Below, in pieces: positions 20,315-29,096 of a stretch of DNA of 64,000 nucleotides. Every line of letters begins with the position of its first letter. Within the stretch, counting starts at the first letter, position 1. Below the pieces are notes generated by a model, which ran no database searches, was not told the origin of the DNA, and worked only from the letters and a program-made list of their open reading frames with translations. Position numbers and translations under genes: made by a program. Origin of the DNA: an uncultured Acidobacteriaceae bacterium (GTDB taxonomy: Bacteria > Acidobacteriota > Terriglobia > Terriglobales > Acidobacteriaceae); the NCBI GenBank assembly GCA_963721155.1, contig CAVRID010000017.1, positions 863-64,862 on the forward strand, given 5' to 3'.

Positions 20315-21289
20315 TCAGGGTTCTGTTTTCAGACGTCCTTGCCAGTAAATGAGATCAGAATAGAACTTATGAAGCAAGGGGTGGTCTTCTATGTCCACCT
20401 TGACCACTACCCTTATCCGATCAACATTTTCCAGGAAACGAAGCAGCCGAGCTGTTATGTTGGCGCCCCACTGTATGTCCTGATAGAAGCCGCTGCAATG
20501 AAAACCTGGCTTGTAGATCGGGTGGAACCCGCTGGGGTTGGCTTCGATCGCGCGAAAGTTCCCGTCGGGACTAAGTCCGACGTCCCAACCATAGGACGAT
20601 TCTCCGATAATCCCGTTCGGCAGTTGGTCGAGAATCGACTGGATGTAGGCGTTGGGGGCGTCCCGTTCTCCAGGGATATTGCCCCCGGCATACCGATGAA
20701 AAGTACAATCTTCAATAACGTGGTTTTCAATGCTGTGGACGCGATATTCCTTGACCATGGGAATTCGTTCCTGAACGATCAAAGATTCGTCCGTAATAGC
20801 TGTATGTTCAGGAATGGGGTGGTGCTGTCCGGCTTCGATGGAAGCAAGGATTAACTCAGTGCTATCGCAGATCTCGTGGTCACCCGAAGAGTCGCTAAGA
20901 GCAGCCTTGATGTAGAACCCTTCCGGGAACTCATCCTGTAGCGACTGTCGGACACGGCTGCGGCCCACACCCCGCAGGTGGGCGCTTAAGCCGCGCGTTA
21001 CAGGAAATACACCTGGGCAGTAGTGGTTGAACACCAGGGCTTGAACCAGCTTATGCTCTATACGCCAGCGCAGCTGCCGATGCTCACTAAAGCCCAAGGC
21101 CCGATAAAGCTGACGAATGGCTACTGCACGGGGGTCTCCGGCAAGGCCTGCCAGTAGAGGGATGGCATCCGACAATTTCAACGTGAGGATCTGTTCTTTG
21201 ACAGCCCGGCGCCGGGGACCGGCGAACTGGTCGATCTCCTCAATCATCATGCCCGCTTGGTTTGTTTCTTCGGAAACCCAGTTCGGCAT
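20315..21289 (-). CDS. ATP-grasp domain protein
   Basis: 'IVQERIPMVKEYRVHSI' and 'WDVGLSPDGNFRAIEANPSG' match the ATP-grasp Mg/ATP-binding segments. Confidence 0.55.
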   Translation of the reverse strand: MPNWVSEETNQAGMMIEEIDQFAGPRRRAVKEQILTLKLSDAIPLLAGLAGDPRAVAIRQLYRALGFSEHRQLRWRIEHKLVQALVFNHYCPGVFPVTRGLSAHLRGVGRSRVRQSLQDEFPEGFYIKAALSDSSGDHEICDSTELILASIEAGQHHPIPEHTAITDESLIVQERIPMVKEYRVHSIENHVIEDCTFHRYAGGNIPGERDAPNAYIQSILDQLPNGIIGESSYGWDVGLSPDGNFRAIEANPSGFHPIYKPGFHCSGFYQDIQWGANITARLLRFLENVDRIRVVVKVDIEDHPLLHKFYSDLIYWQGRLKTEP

Positions 21290-21648
21290 ACAGTTCTCCC
21301 TATAGTGAGTGGCCCGAGTCAGTCGGAAGCCCGCGAGGCTGAAAGGGGTGCATTCATAAGGATAGACGCAGCGAGGATCCTTCTAACGTCAGCCTTCCCG
21401 CATCGACGCCTAACCCGACGCGGACAGAAAGCGAGGGCCCACCAGCTGTTCCTATGGAGTGCATGGGAGTTTCCACCTGCCGCTTCCTTCCCTTGTGGGC
21501 CGTGGTAATCGCGGCTGGCCCATAGCCACCTGCATTTGGGACGCCGTCAAGTTTCGCAGGGTATCAGACGGCCACGGTAAGGAGCCTTCACGGTCCAGAT
21601 CAGTGGTTTCCGAGATACCGAGCGCGAGCCAAGATTCCGGGCCACAGT

Positions 21649-22557
21649 TTGGTCAGAAAAGCTATTTGTCTCGGCATCCGATTTCGAAAATGCTACTATC
21701 AGCCACGAGAAGACGAGCCAGTGAGCACATCAATCCAGTCACAGCAATACATGCGGCTTCAGGATCGCGCCATCGTCCCGCCCGAAAGCGGTCCATTGAG
21801 CGTAGGGCTGCTTACACAGACCTGGCGCCATACCGATCCTCAAGCAAGCAGCGTTCGTCAGGTTATCATCCAAGGAACGCCGGAGGCACTGTCAATAGAG
21901 TGTTTCGGAACCGGTGCTACTGCGCCGTTACGTTCTCCGGCGGCCAGAGCGAGCGCTCTTTTCGCTGCCAGCTCCGCTTCGCGAGAGGCAATGTCATTTT
22001 TCGTCGAATTGGACTTCGGGTACATGGCTTCTTTCTTCCAGGGCAACGTGAACCTTGGACTCCTGGTCCTGGCCGGCTTTCACGATTTCAAGGATGGCAG
22101 CGACAGATCCAATTACTTCTCCCGTGAATTCTTTTATTCCGTGGCAAGCCCGAAGGCCCAGCTACCCACCCCTCATAACCCAGTTCATGCGACTGGAATC
22201 ACTCGGTTGGATCACTCAGCTCTGCTTGGTTTTTGGCGCAACACAAACAGTGCGTCCTTGGGTGTTGCGGCCATCGAGATTACGGACCATGGTCAAGAAG
22301 TGGGCATAAGAGCCTATGGGGTTGCAGAATCAGGCACGATGGATTGGGGAGAAACCGCGGGCTCGGTTTACGCGAAAGACTGCGTTTCCCCCGACGCCAT
22401 GGCGTTTAGTGCCGCTTTTGGTTTGACAGGAATACGCTGCAGCCTGCAGGCGAATGTAAAACAAGGCGTCCTGGTGGTTGCTTATTTCACCGAGTTTAGA
22501 GATGGCAGCGGACGTTCCAATTATTTTTCGCGAGAGTTCTACTACAAAGAGAGATGA
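21649..22557 (+). CDS. Hypothetical protein made of two tandem copies of a ~140-aa domain
   Basis: Each half ends in a near-identical motif, 'FHDFKDGSDRSNYFSREFFY' and 'FTEFRDGSGRSNYFSREFYY'. The start is uncertain (GTG 21721 or ATG 21751 are plausible). Confidence 0.5.
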   Translation: MVRKAICLGIRFRKCYYQPREDEPVSTSIQSQQYMRLQDRAIVPPESGPLSVGLLTQTWRHTDPQASSVRQVIIQGTPEALSIECFGTGATAPLRSPAARASALFAASSASREAMSFFVELDFGYMASFFQGNVNLGLLVLAGFHDFKDGSDRSNYFSREFFYSVASPKAQLPTPHNPVHATGITRLDHSALLGFWRNTNSASLGVAAIEITDHGQEVGIRAYGVAESGTMDWGETAGSVYAKDCVSPDAMAFSAAFGLTGIRCSLQANVKQGVLVVAYFTEFRDGSGRSNYFSREFYYKER

Positions 22558-23714
22558 TCGACACCAAGCCATCGACCATGGGTGCAGGACCCGTAGCCTC
22601 AGCTAAACCCTTGCGGTTTCACTGGAGTATGTCTTCCGCGGGTGAAAAGTGGAGGGGTGCGAAGGCGCGGGCTGCCCAATCGGGCACTCCTGATCTCAAT
22701 GCCCATCTTGAGTTTTGCCGGACAGCGGAAGACTGCCAGATAGAGAGTCTGCTCACTGCTGTGGGCTTTCATCGCCCCGACCCAATAGCACTCGCTGCCG
22801 CGCTTGGCGTCCTCACTACCAAGATCAAATTCATGGTGGCCTGTCGTTCCGGCCTGATCTCTCCCACGGCCTACGTGCAGCAAGTAAATACCGTATCCGC
22901 ACTTACGCATGGACGAATCTGTCTGAATATTGTCGGCGGACATACGCCGGAAGAACAACGCTACTACGGCGACTTCCTGACCCACGACGACCGCTACGAT
23001 CGTACCGACGAATTCCTCACAATCTGCCGCAGCTTTTGGAGTAGTTCATCGGAGGTGAATTTTCAGGGCAAGTACTTTCATATCGAGAAAGGCAAATTGA
23101 ACACGCCTTTTCTGTATGGCCCGGGCCCGGAGATTTACGTCGGCGGCGCATCCCCCAAGGCTGTTGAACTGGCCGTGAAACACGCTTCGTGCTTCTGGAC
23201 GCTTCCAGCAGGCCCTGATGAACTGTTTCCGAGGATTACCGAGGTGCTTCGTGCAGGTGTAGAGGTCGGTCTCTTGGTCTCATTGATCGCCCGGCCCACC
23301 CGAGCCGAAGCCGTCACCGCCGCACAGGCGATGTTGGAAGACTTGGGAACAGTACCCAAGAAGGTTCACCAAGAATTCTCCAAGCGTTCTGATTCGGTCG
23401 CCTTTGGCTCGACCCTGGCGATGGCGGAAGACAAGCCGCACTGGCTGACAAATTGCCTGTGGAGTGGCGCAGTTCCCTACTTGGGAGCGCCCTCCATTGC
23501 ACTGGTGGGGTCTTTTGAAGAAATTGCGGGAGCGCTGTGGGAGTACCGACAATCTGGCGTCACACAGTTCCTGTTCATGGGTTGGCCAGACATCGAAGAG
23601 ATGCAGTTATTTGCCAGTGGAGTTGTGCCATTGATTCGAGCGCTGGAGTCACGAAGCGCAGCTCAAGAGGCCTGTGCAACTAAAGTTTCATTGGCGGCTT
23701 CTCCAGGGAGGTGA
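22554..23714 (+). CDS. LLM-class (luciferase-like) flavin-dependent monooxygenase, SsuD-like
   Basis: The N-terminus is 'LRFHWSM'. 'KFMVACRSGLISPT...LNIVGGHTPEEQ..YGDFL.HDDRY' parallels the SsuD layout. Confidence 0.85.
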   Translation: MIDTKPSTMGAGPVASAKPLRFHWSMSSAGEKWRGAKARAAQSGTPDLNAHLEFCRTAEDCQIESLLTAVGFHRPDPIALAAALGVLTTKIKFMVACRSGLISPTAYVQQVNTVSALTHGRICLNIVGGHTPEEQRYYGDFLTHDDRYDRTDEFLTICRSFWSSSSEVNFQGKYFHIEKGKLNTPFLYGPGPEIYVGGASPKAVELAVKHASCFWTLPAGPDELFPRITEVLRAGVEVGLLVSLIARPTRAEAVTAAQAMLEDLGTVPKKVHQEFSKRSDSVAFGSTLAMAEDKPHWLTNCLWSGAVPYLGAPSIALVGSFEEIAGALWEYRQSGVTQFLFMGWPDIEEMQLFASGVVPLIRALESRSAAQEACATKVSLAASPGR

Positions 23715-24783
23715 GGGCTCGGCGGAGACCCGTAGCAGCGGGTCATCACGCGCGTCGACTGGCCTCCCCGATCTCACACCTCAGGTGGACTTCTGCCGGA
23801 TGGCAGAGAAACTGGGGATCACAGGGCTCCTGACTGACTTTGGCGCATCCAAACCGGACTCCATCTTGCTGGCGACGGCACTCGGTTTGGCGACCAAACA
23901 AGTGGAATTTATTATTGCCTATCGGTCGGGGCTGATCGCACCCACAAGCTTCGTCCAGCAAATCAATACACTCTCGGCATTGATTGACGGACGGTTGAGC
24001 CTCAACATCGTAGCTGGACATTCGCCTGAAGAGCAGGCATATTACGGCGATCTTCTTCCGCGAGAAGAACGATACGCCCGTACCGTCGAGTTCCTGGAAA
24101 TCTGCCTCGCCTTGTGGCAGCAAGACAGCCCCGTCACGTACAGAGGCCGTTACTATCAGATAATAAATGCTCGCTTGAGTACCCCTTTTGTCTCCTCCGA
24201 ACGTACATTTCCGGAGATTTTCGTCGCGGGTGGATCGGCCGAAGCGCAGGCTATGGCAATAAGGTGCGGAACCCTTTGGATGCAGATGGGAGATACTCCG
24301 GAAAATGTCCGTCAAAGCATCCAACCCGTGCTGGAAGCCGGCAAGGAAGCGGGGTTGCGAATGGCCGTCATTGGCCGCCCTACTCGCGAAGAAGCAGTTC
24401 GCGCTGCCCACGCCCTTATTGACGGTCTCGATCTCTCCCTGGGTGAGCGTCAAAAAGAGCAGCAGTTCGTAAAGAGGAGCGACTCTGTCTCGATGAAGGC
24501 AAAGTTTGAAATCGCGGCCAAAGTGGAGTGGCCAAAGCCATATCTGTGGATGGGGGCGGTAGCCACCCACGGCCCGGCAGCCGTGTGCCTTGTCGGTTCT
24601 CCCGATGAACTGGCCAACGCATTCATGGAATACAAGACAATAGGAGTTTCCCAGTTCATACTCTCGGGCTGGCCGAAGTTGGAAGAAATGGTGTTCTTCG
24701 GTAAGCATGTAATCCCCTTAGTCAGGAAGAAGGAAGAAGAGCTGTCGACTTCTGGCAGCACGATCGTGAAAATCCCGTCGTAG
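23674..24783 (+). CDS. LLM-class flavin-dependent monooxygenase, SsuD-like (tandem paralogue)
   Basis: GTG start giving 'MQLKFHWRLL'. It is colinear with the preceding gene ('EFIIAYRSGLIAPT...LNIVAGHSPEEQAYYGDLL'). The two genes overlap by 41 nt. Confidence 0.85.
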   Translation: MQLKFHWRLLQGGEGSAETRSSGSSRASTGLPDLTPQVDFCRMAEKLGITGLLTDFGASKPDSILLATALGLATKQVEFIIAYRSGLIAPTSFVQQINTLSALIDGRLSLNIVAGHSPEEQAYYGDLLPREERYARTVEFLEICLALWQQDSPVTYRGRYYQIINARLSTPFVSSERTFPEIFVAGGSAEAQAMAIRCGTLWMQMGDTPENVRQSIQPVLEAGKEAGLRMAVIGRPTREEAVRAAHALIDGLDLSLGERQKEQQFVKRSDSVSMKAKFEIAAKVEWPKPYLWMGAVATHGPAAVCLVGSPDELANAFMEYKTIGVSQFILSGWPKLEEMVFFGKHVIPLVRKKEEELSTSGSTIVKIPS

Positions 24784-24960
24784 GGAGCCCAATCCCCACC
24801 AAGACGGAGACGATTGGAAAGTAGAATTCTACTTGACAGCTCTCGCGAGGGAGGATAGCCTCACCGTCATTCTAATAAGAGTTCTCAATGCAGCTGGTCT
24901 GCCGGACCTGTAGTGCCATTAATGCAATCTATCAGGCTCTGACGAGGTGATCTAAGCTGT

Positions 24961-26535
24961 ATGGTTGGCTCAATTACACTGGTTGCTACCCTAGCCGGCG
25001 CCATTTCTAAGGAAACGGTTAGCGAGATTCCGAATGCGGTAAAACTTCTAAGGGTTAGTGGGGACCTGAGTGGAGGCATATCCACGTCATTGCTCCGCAA
25101 TCACTTTCCCGGAGAACTGCTTTACAGCCTGCCACGCCATCGACCCAACGGTTCCTGCGCCGTCCCGCTGAATGTTCGCCCCCGCTGCCTGGTTCAAGCT
25201 GCCCGCGAGTATGACTGTGTGGAACTGGACGCCGATTGCGATCTGGTTCCGGAGGTGCTGGCTGCAATTCCAGCCCAGCAGCGCCTGGTTTTGTGGAAAG
25301 GACCCAGCGGGAGCATAGCCTACCTTCACTCGGTGTTCGAGCGCATTAGTGCAATTCCGGCGCGCTTGTATTCCATGATTATCCCGGGCTCCAGCATTAT
25401 TGACGGGGTCAAACCCCTACGGTTGTTGAAAGAACTTGGGCGAAGCGATGTCACCGCCATCTGTGAAGGCAAGGCCGGATTTTGGAGCCGTCTCCTTACC
25501 CCCCATTTCGGCGCCCCCGTAATGCTTGGAAGGCTGGATAACGGTCCGGTCGGTGATGGCGGCGAGCCGTCTATTCGGCAGCTCATCGAAGACTATGGAT
25601 TTCCCCGATGGTATCCGGTCTCCGAACTCTACGGCATCGTTGGACATCGGGTTTTTCAGTCGCTGTCACCCCGCCTGCACAATGCAGGATACCGTTCCCT
25701 TTGTTATCCGGCTTTGTTTTTGCCGTTCCACGCGGACAATTTCGACGATTTCTGGCGAGAGATTATCGAGACTTCAGTTCTCGAACCTTTGGGATTGGCG
25801 ATCAAGGGACTCACAATTGTCTCTCCGCATAAGGAAGCGGCATTTGCTGTTGCGGCATCACGCAGTCACATGGCTTGCAAAGCTGGAGCCAGCAATATTT
25901 TTCTGCCCAGAGGTGGTTCGTGGGAGGCCCACACCACGGATACAGAGAGTGTTGCCGGTGTCATGCAAAAGGCTAGCACTGCACCCGTGCCAATCAAGGC
26001 TGCTGTGATCGGTTGCGGTGGCGCCGGACGTGCAATCGCCGCTGCCTTGCAGCACGCCGGAGCGCACGTGTCTATCGTCAATCGCGGCAAGGAACGCGGC
26101 GAACTAGCTGTACGGCTTCTCGGCCTACCTTTTATCTCTCTTTCGGACTTCGACCCCGCCCGTTTTTCCTTGCTGGTGAATGCCACGCCCATCGGAAAAG
26201 ATGACAATTCCATACCGTTTGACATCGAGACTGTGGGGCCCGGTACCTTGGTTATTGATCTCGTATATCGCGCACAACCCACGCCGTTGGCTTTGGGTGT
26301 AGTCGCTCGGGGCGGCACAGTGATTGATGGCTACGACGTCCTGCTCAAGCAGGTTCGCAAGCAATTTCACATGATGACCGGCTGCCGGCTACCTCTCACA
26401 ATCGGCAGACTGACAGCAACCCCTCAGGGATTCGAGAACGGGATTTGCTCAAAACGAGAATTGCAAGAGGAAAACCTGCCGGTGTCGCTCACGGAAGGTC
26501 CGGCCCTTCGCATTGAAAGCGCCCCACCAAGTTAA
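24961..26535 (+). CDS. Type I 3-dehydroquinate dehydratase-like domain fused to shikimate/quinate dehydrogenase (AroD-like/AroE)
   Basis: The C-terminal half has 'VSPHKEAAF', 'GCGGAGRAIAAAL', 'NATPIGK' and 'DLVY...PTPL' (AroE family). The N-terminal half aligns by eye to AroD ('VTAICEGKAGFWSRLLTPHFGAPVMLG'). Confidence 0.7.
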   Translation: MVGSITLVATLAGAISKETVSEIPNAVKLLRVSGDLSGGISTSLLRNHFPGELLYSLPRHRPNGSCAVPLNVRPRCLVQAAREYDCVELDADCDLVPEVLAAIPAQQRLVLWKGPSGSIAYLHSVFERISAIPARLYSMIIPGSSIIDGVKPLRLLKELGRSDVTAICEGKAGFWSRLLTPHFGAPVMLGRLDNGPVGDGGEPSIRQLIEDYGFPRWYPVSELYGIVGHRVFQSLSPRLHNAGYRSLCYPALFLPFHADNFDDFWREIIETSVLEPLGLAIKGLTIVSPHKEAAFAVAASRSHMACKAGASNIFLPRGGSWEAHTTDTESVAGVMQKASTAPVPIKAAVIGCGGAGRAIAAALQHAGAHVSIVNRGKERGELAVRLLGLPFISLSDFDPARFSLLVNATPIGKDDNSIPFDIETVGPGTLVIDLVYRAQPTPLALGVVARGGTVIDGYDVLLKQVRKQFHMMTGCRLPLTIGRLTATPQGFENGICSKRELQEENLPVSLTEGPALRIESAPPS

Positions 26536-26570
26536 CCGGCGCACAGGTACAAAGACAAAGTCGGCTCAAC

Positions 26571-27776
26571 ATGAATGGTGTCATGCCAATAGAACTGAAC
26601 TCATTGCAGCAGCAACTTACCTCGCAGGTACGTGATCTGGCACAGTCCAAGTTTGCTCCACGTGCCGCTGAATATGATCGCACCGCTGCTTTCCCTGAAG
26701 AGGATTTCAGGGATCTTTTCCGATCTGGTCTGCTGTCTGCAGCTGTTCCCTCTGAATATGGTGGTTTGGGCTTGGGACCCCGTCACGGAAATGTGCTGAC
26801 GCTTTGGCTGCTCACAAAGGAAATCGCCAAAGCTGATCTCTCACTGGCCCGCTGCTGGGAGGGACACGTCAACTCTCTGGTTTTGCTCGATGGCGTCGCC
26901 AATGCGGAGCAAAAGGAACGCTGGTTTAGTGGAGTGGTGCAGGCCGGAGATATATGGGTGGCATGGAGCGGCGAGCCGCAGGCACGCGCTTCGTCAGAAA
27001 AGATAACGTTCGGCACCACCACAACAAGAGTCGAGGGTGGCTATATTGTGGATGGCAAGAAGGCCTTTGCCACCAGCGCTGGCGGCGCAAGGTGGGCGAT
27101 CCTGCTGGTCAGTACGGCCGGGCCCGGCGGGGCAAGACACCAGGTTGGCAGCGTGGATGCGCAACTCCTCCTGGTCTGCGATCTTTCCGATCCCTCAATT
27201 TCTATTGATCAATCCTGGTGGGACCCAATCGGAATGAGGGGTACGGCCAGTCACGTGATGGAGTTCCATCGCACGTTCATTCCTGACGCCAACCTGATTG
27301 GCAAGCCTGGACAGTATCTGCTCGAAGGTTGGCAGACCTGCTTTATACCTCATTATGCGGCAACGTTTCTGGGAGCCGCGGAAGCAGCTTATGAGTTCGC
27401 CCTGGACTATGTCACATCGCAGGGCAAGGGCCAAGACCCTTACGTCCAACACCACATCGGGCAGAGCGCCATCAATGTAGAAACCGCGTACCTGTGGCTA
27501 CAGCATGTTGCCAATATGTGGGATACAGGCAGGCACCCCGAGGCCCAGCTCGCTGGAAGTCGTGCCCGCCACATCATTGAGCATCTCGCCGAAGATACCG
27601 TGAAACGAAGCATTCGCGCTTGTGGAGCCCGTAGCTTAAACCGTCCCAGCCCGCTGGAACGCATCTATCGGGACCTCTCATTTTACGTGCGGCATGACAA
27701 CGATGATCATGTTCTGGCAACGGTCGGTAAGTCTCTGCTTGGCCAAAAACACGATCCATCGTTCTATAAGCCGTGA
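26571..27776 (+). CDS. Acyl-CoA dehydrogenase-family flavoprotein (possibly a flavin-dependent monooxygenase of the DszC/MsuC/SfnB type)
   Basis: 401 aa with the three-domain ACAD layout. The N-terminal 'AAEYDRTAAFPEEDFRDLFRSGLL' and C-terminal 'RIYRDLSFYVRH' are present. Confidence 0.75.
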   Translation: MNGVMPIELNSLQQQLTSQVRDLAQSKFAPRAAEYDRTAAFPEEDFRDLFRSGLLSAAVPSEYGGLGLGPRHGNVLTLWLLTKEIAKADLSLARCWEGHVNSLVLLDGVANAEQKERWFSGVVQAGDIWVAWSGEPQARASSEKITFGTTTTRVEGGYIVDGKKAFATSAGGARWAILLVSTAGPGGARHQVGSVDAQLLLVCDLSDPSISIDQSWWDPIGMRGTASHVMEFHRTFIPDANLIGKPGQYLLEGWQTCFIPHYAATFLGAAEAAYEFALDYVTSQGKGQDPYVQHHIGQSAINVETAYLWLQHVANMWDTGRHPEAQLAGSRARHIIEHLAEDTVKRSIRACGARSLNRPSPLERIYRDLSFYVRHDNDDHVLATVGKSLLGQKHDPSFYKP

Positions 27777-27817
27777 ACGGAAACCGTTGAATTGGCCCTT
27801 TGTCTAGAGGTTAGTCA

Positions 27818-28996
27818 ATGCCGATGGCCGCCACAAAGCGCGAATACACTTTAGGAATCTGGGCCCTTGCTCTGGGATATTTCGTTTCCTACGTCCCTTA
27901 CAGCGCGTTAACCAAGGCGGCAACCTCTGGCCTTCTGAGCGGCGGGCGTCTCATTCCCGCAACTGAGCTTCTTCCCTCTGCCGCAGTCTCAACGGCTATT
28001 ACAATCTTCCTGTTCATTACCATCATGGGGTGGTGGCAGTACGGGCAGAAGCGCCGAGTATTTGGCTTATCAAATGTTCCTTTTCCAAGGCGACAAACGT
28101 TCATTTCCGGAATCGGCTTTGCAGCTATCATCGTCACGACCACACTGGCTTACAGCTTCAACGGCGTGTCCATCATCCTAGCGCTAGTGTTGATGCGCGC
28201 TGGCACATTGACCATGTCTCCCATAATCGACCAGATTTTCCATCGCCGAGTAAGGTGGTTTTCGTGGGCTGGCCTGATCCTCAGCCTGATCGCGGTGATA
28301 ATCTCTTTAAACGATATTCATGGTTACCAGTTAAGTACGGCGGTGTTGATAAATCTTGCTATTTATCTTGCCGGTTACGCTCTCCGCATTCCCAGCATGA
28401 CCCAGATCGCGAAAACTGGGGACAGAAGAGTCGCTTATGAATATTTTGTAGAAGAGCAGGCCGTTGCGATGCCAGCCTTGATTGTGATTCTGGTCGTCGT
28501 GACGGTGTTGGGGCGCGGCGACGTAGTGAATCATCTCCGGTTTGGCTTTGCTCACCTGTTTAATGCCCCTTTTGCTCTGTTTGGCTGGGCAATTGGCTTA
28601 TTCTACGCCGCGCTTGGGATCTTCCTTTCATTCCTCTACTTGGACAGGCGTGAAAACACCTTTTGTATGCCTTTATTCGCTTGTTCGAGCCTGCTTTCCG
28701 GCATCGTTGCCAGCTATCTTCTCATGTCGTGGATGCATGGGCCGCAGCCCCGTGGGATACAGATCAGCTCGGCATGCTTGCTGATAATTGCATTGCTAGT
28801 AATGTCCCCTTTGCACCATCTGCCGCTTTACATAAGGCAACTGAAAAATGCTGTAGTGGAAAGGCAGTTGGTCTTTGTAGAGTTTGTCTGCAATGATTCC
28901 AAGGAGATATCGGAGGTCGCTCAACCAACGGCGGTGCGTTTTATCACAATAGATATTCAGGGGATACGTCAATTCTTTCGAAAGCAAGCCTCGTAA
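27818..28996 (+). CDS. Polytopic inner-membrane protein, family unrecognised
   Basis: 392 aa with about 10 hydrophobic helices. It is co-directional and closely spaced with its neighbours. Confidence 0.6.
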   Translation: MPMAATKREYTLGIWALALGYFVSYVPYSALTKAATSGLLSGGRLIPATELLPSAAVSTAITIFLFITIMGWWQYGQKRRVFGLSNVPFPRRQTFISGIGFAAIIVTTTLAYSFNGVSIILALVLMRAGTLTMSPIIDQIFHRRVRWFSWAGLILSLIAVIISLNDIHGYQLSTAVLINLAIYLAGYALRIPSMTQIAKTGDRRVAYEYFVEEQAVAMPALIVILVVVTVLGRGDVVNHLRFGFAHLFNAPFALFGWAIGLFYAALGIFLSFLYLDRRENTFCMPLFACSSLLSGIVASYLLMSWMHGPQPRGIQISSACLLIIALLVMSPLHHLPLYIRQLKNAVVERQLVFVEFVCNDSKEISEVAQPTAVRFITIDIQGIRQFFRKQAS

Positions 28997-29096
28997 AGGT
29001 CACGCAAGATTGACTTGTCCAGCACTTGAAATGGTTTGATCGTGGTCCAGAATCACGTCGACGTCCTAGTATCCAGAACTCAGATGTGAGGAACCT

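Noticed and set aside
20186-20854. A 222-aa + strand ORF opposite the ATP-grasp gene, plus similar shadow ORFs (21459..22127, 23746..24708, 12808..13617, 11873..12631, 39875..40492, 41445..42002)
   Set aside because: These are shadow ORFs of better-supported genes, and no motifs were found in them.
21296-21312. A 13-nt match (CCCTATAGTGAGT) to the complement of the T7 promoter core
   Set aside because: The match is short, the rest of the T7 consensus is absent, and there is no vector-like context. I regard it as coincidence.
24826-24860. A sigma70-like promoter (TTGACA-17 nt-TAGCCT) upstream of the AroD/AroE-like gene
   Set aside because: The -35 element is perfect but the -10 is weak. Acidobacterial promoter consensus is poorly defined, so the support is too weak to report.
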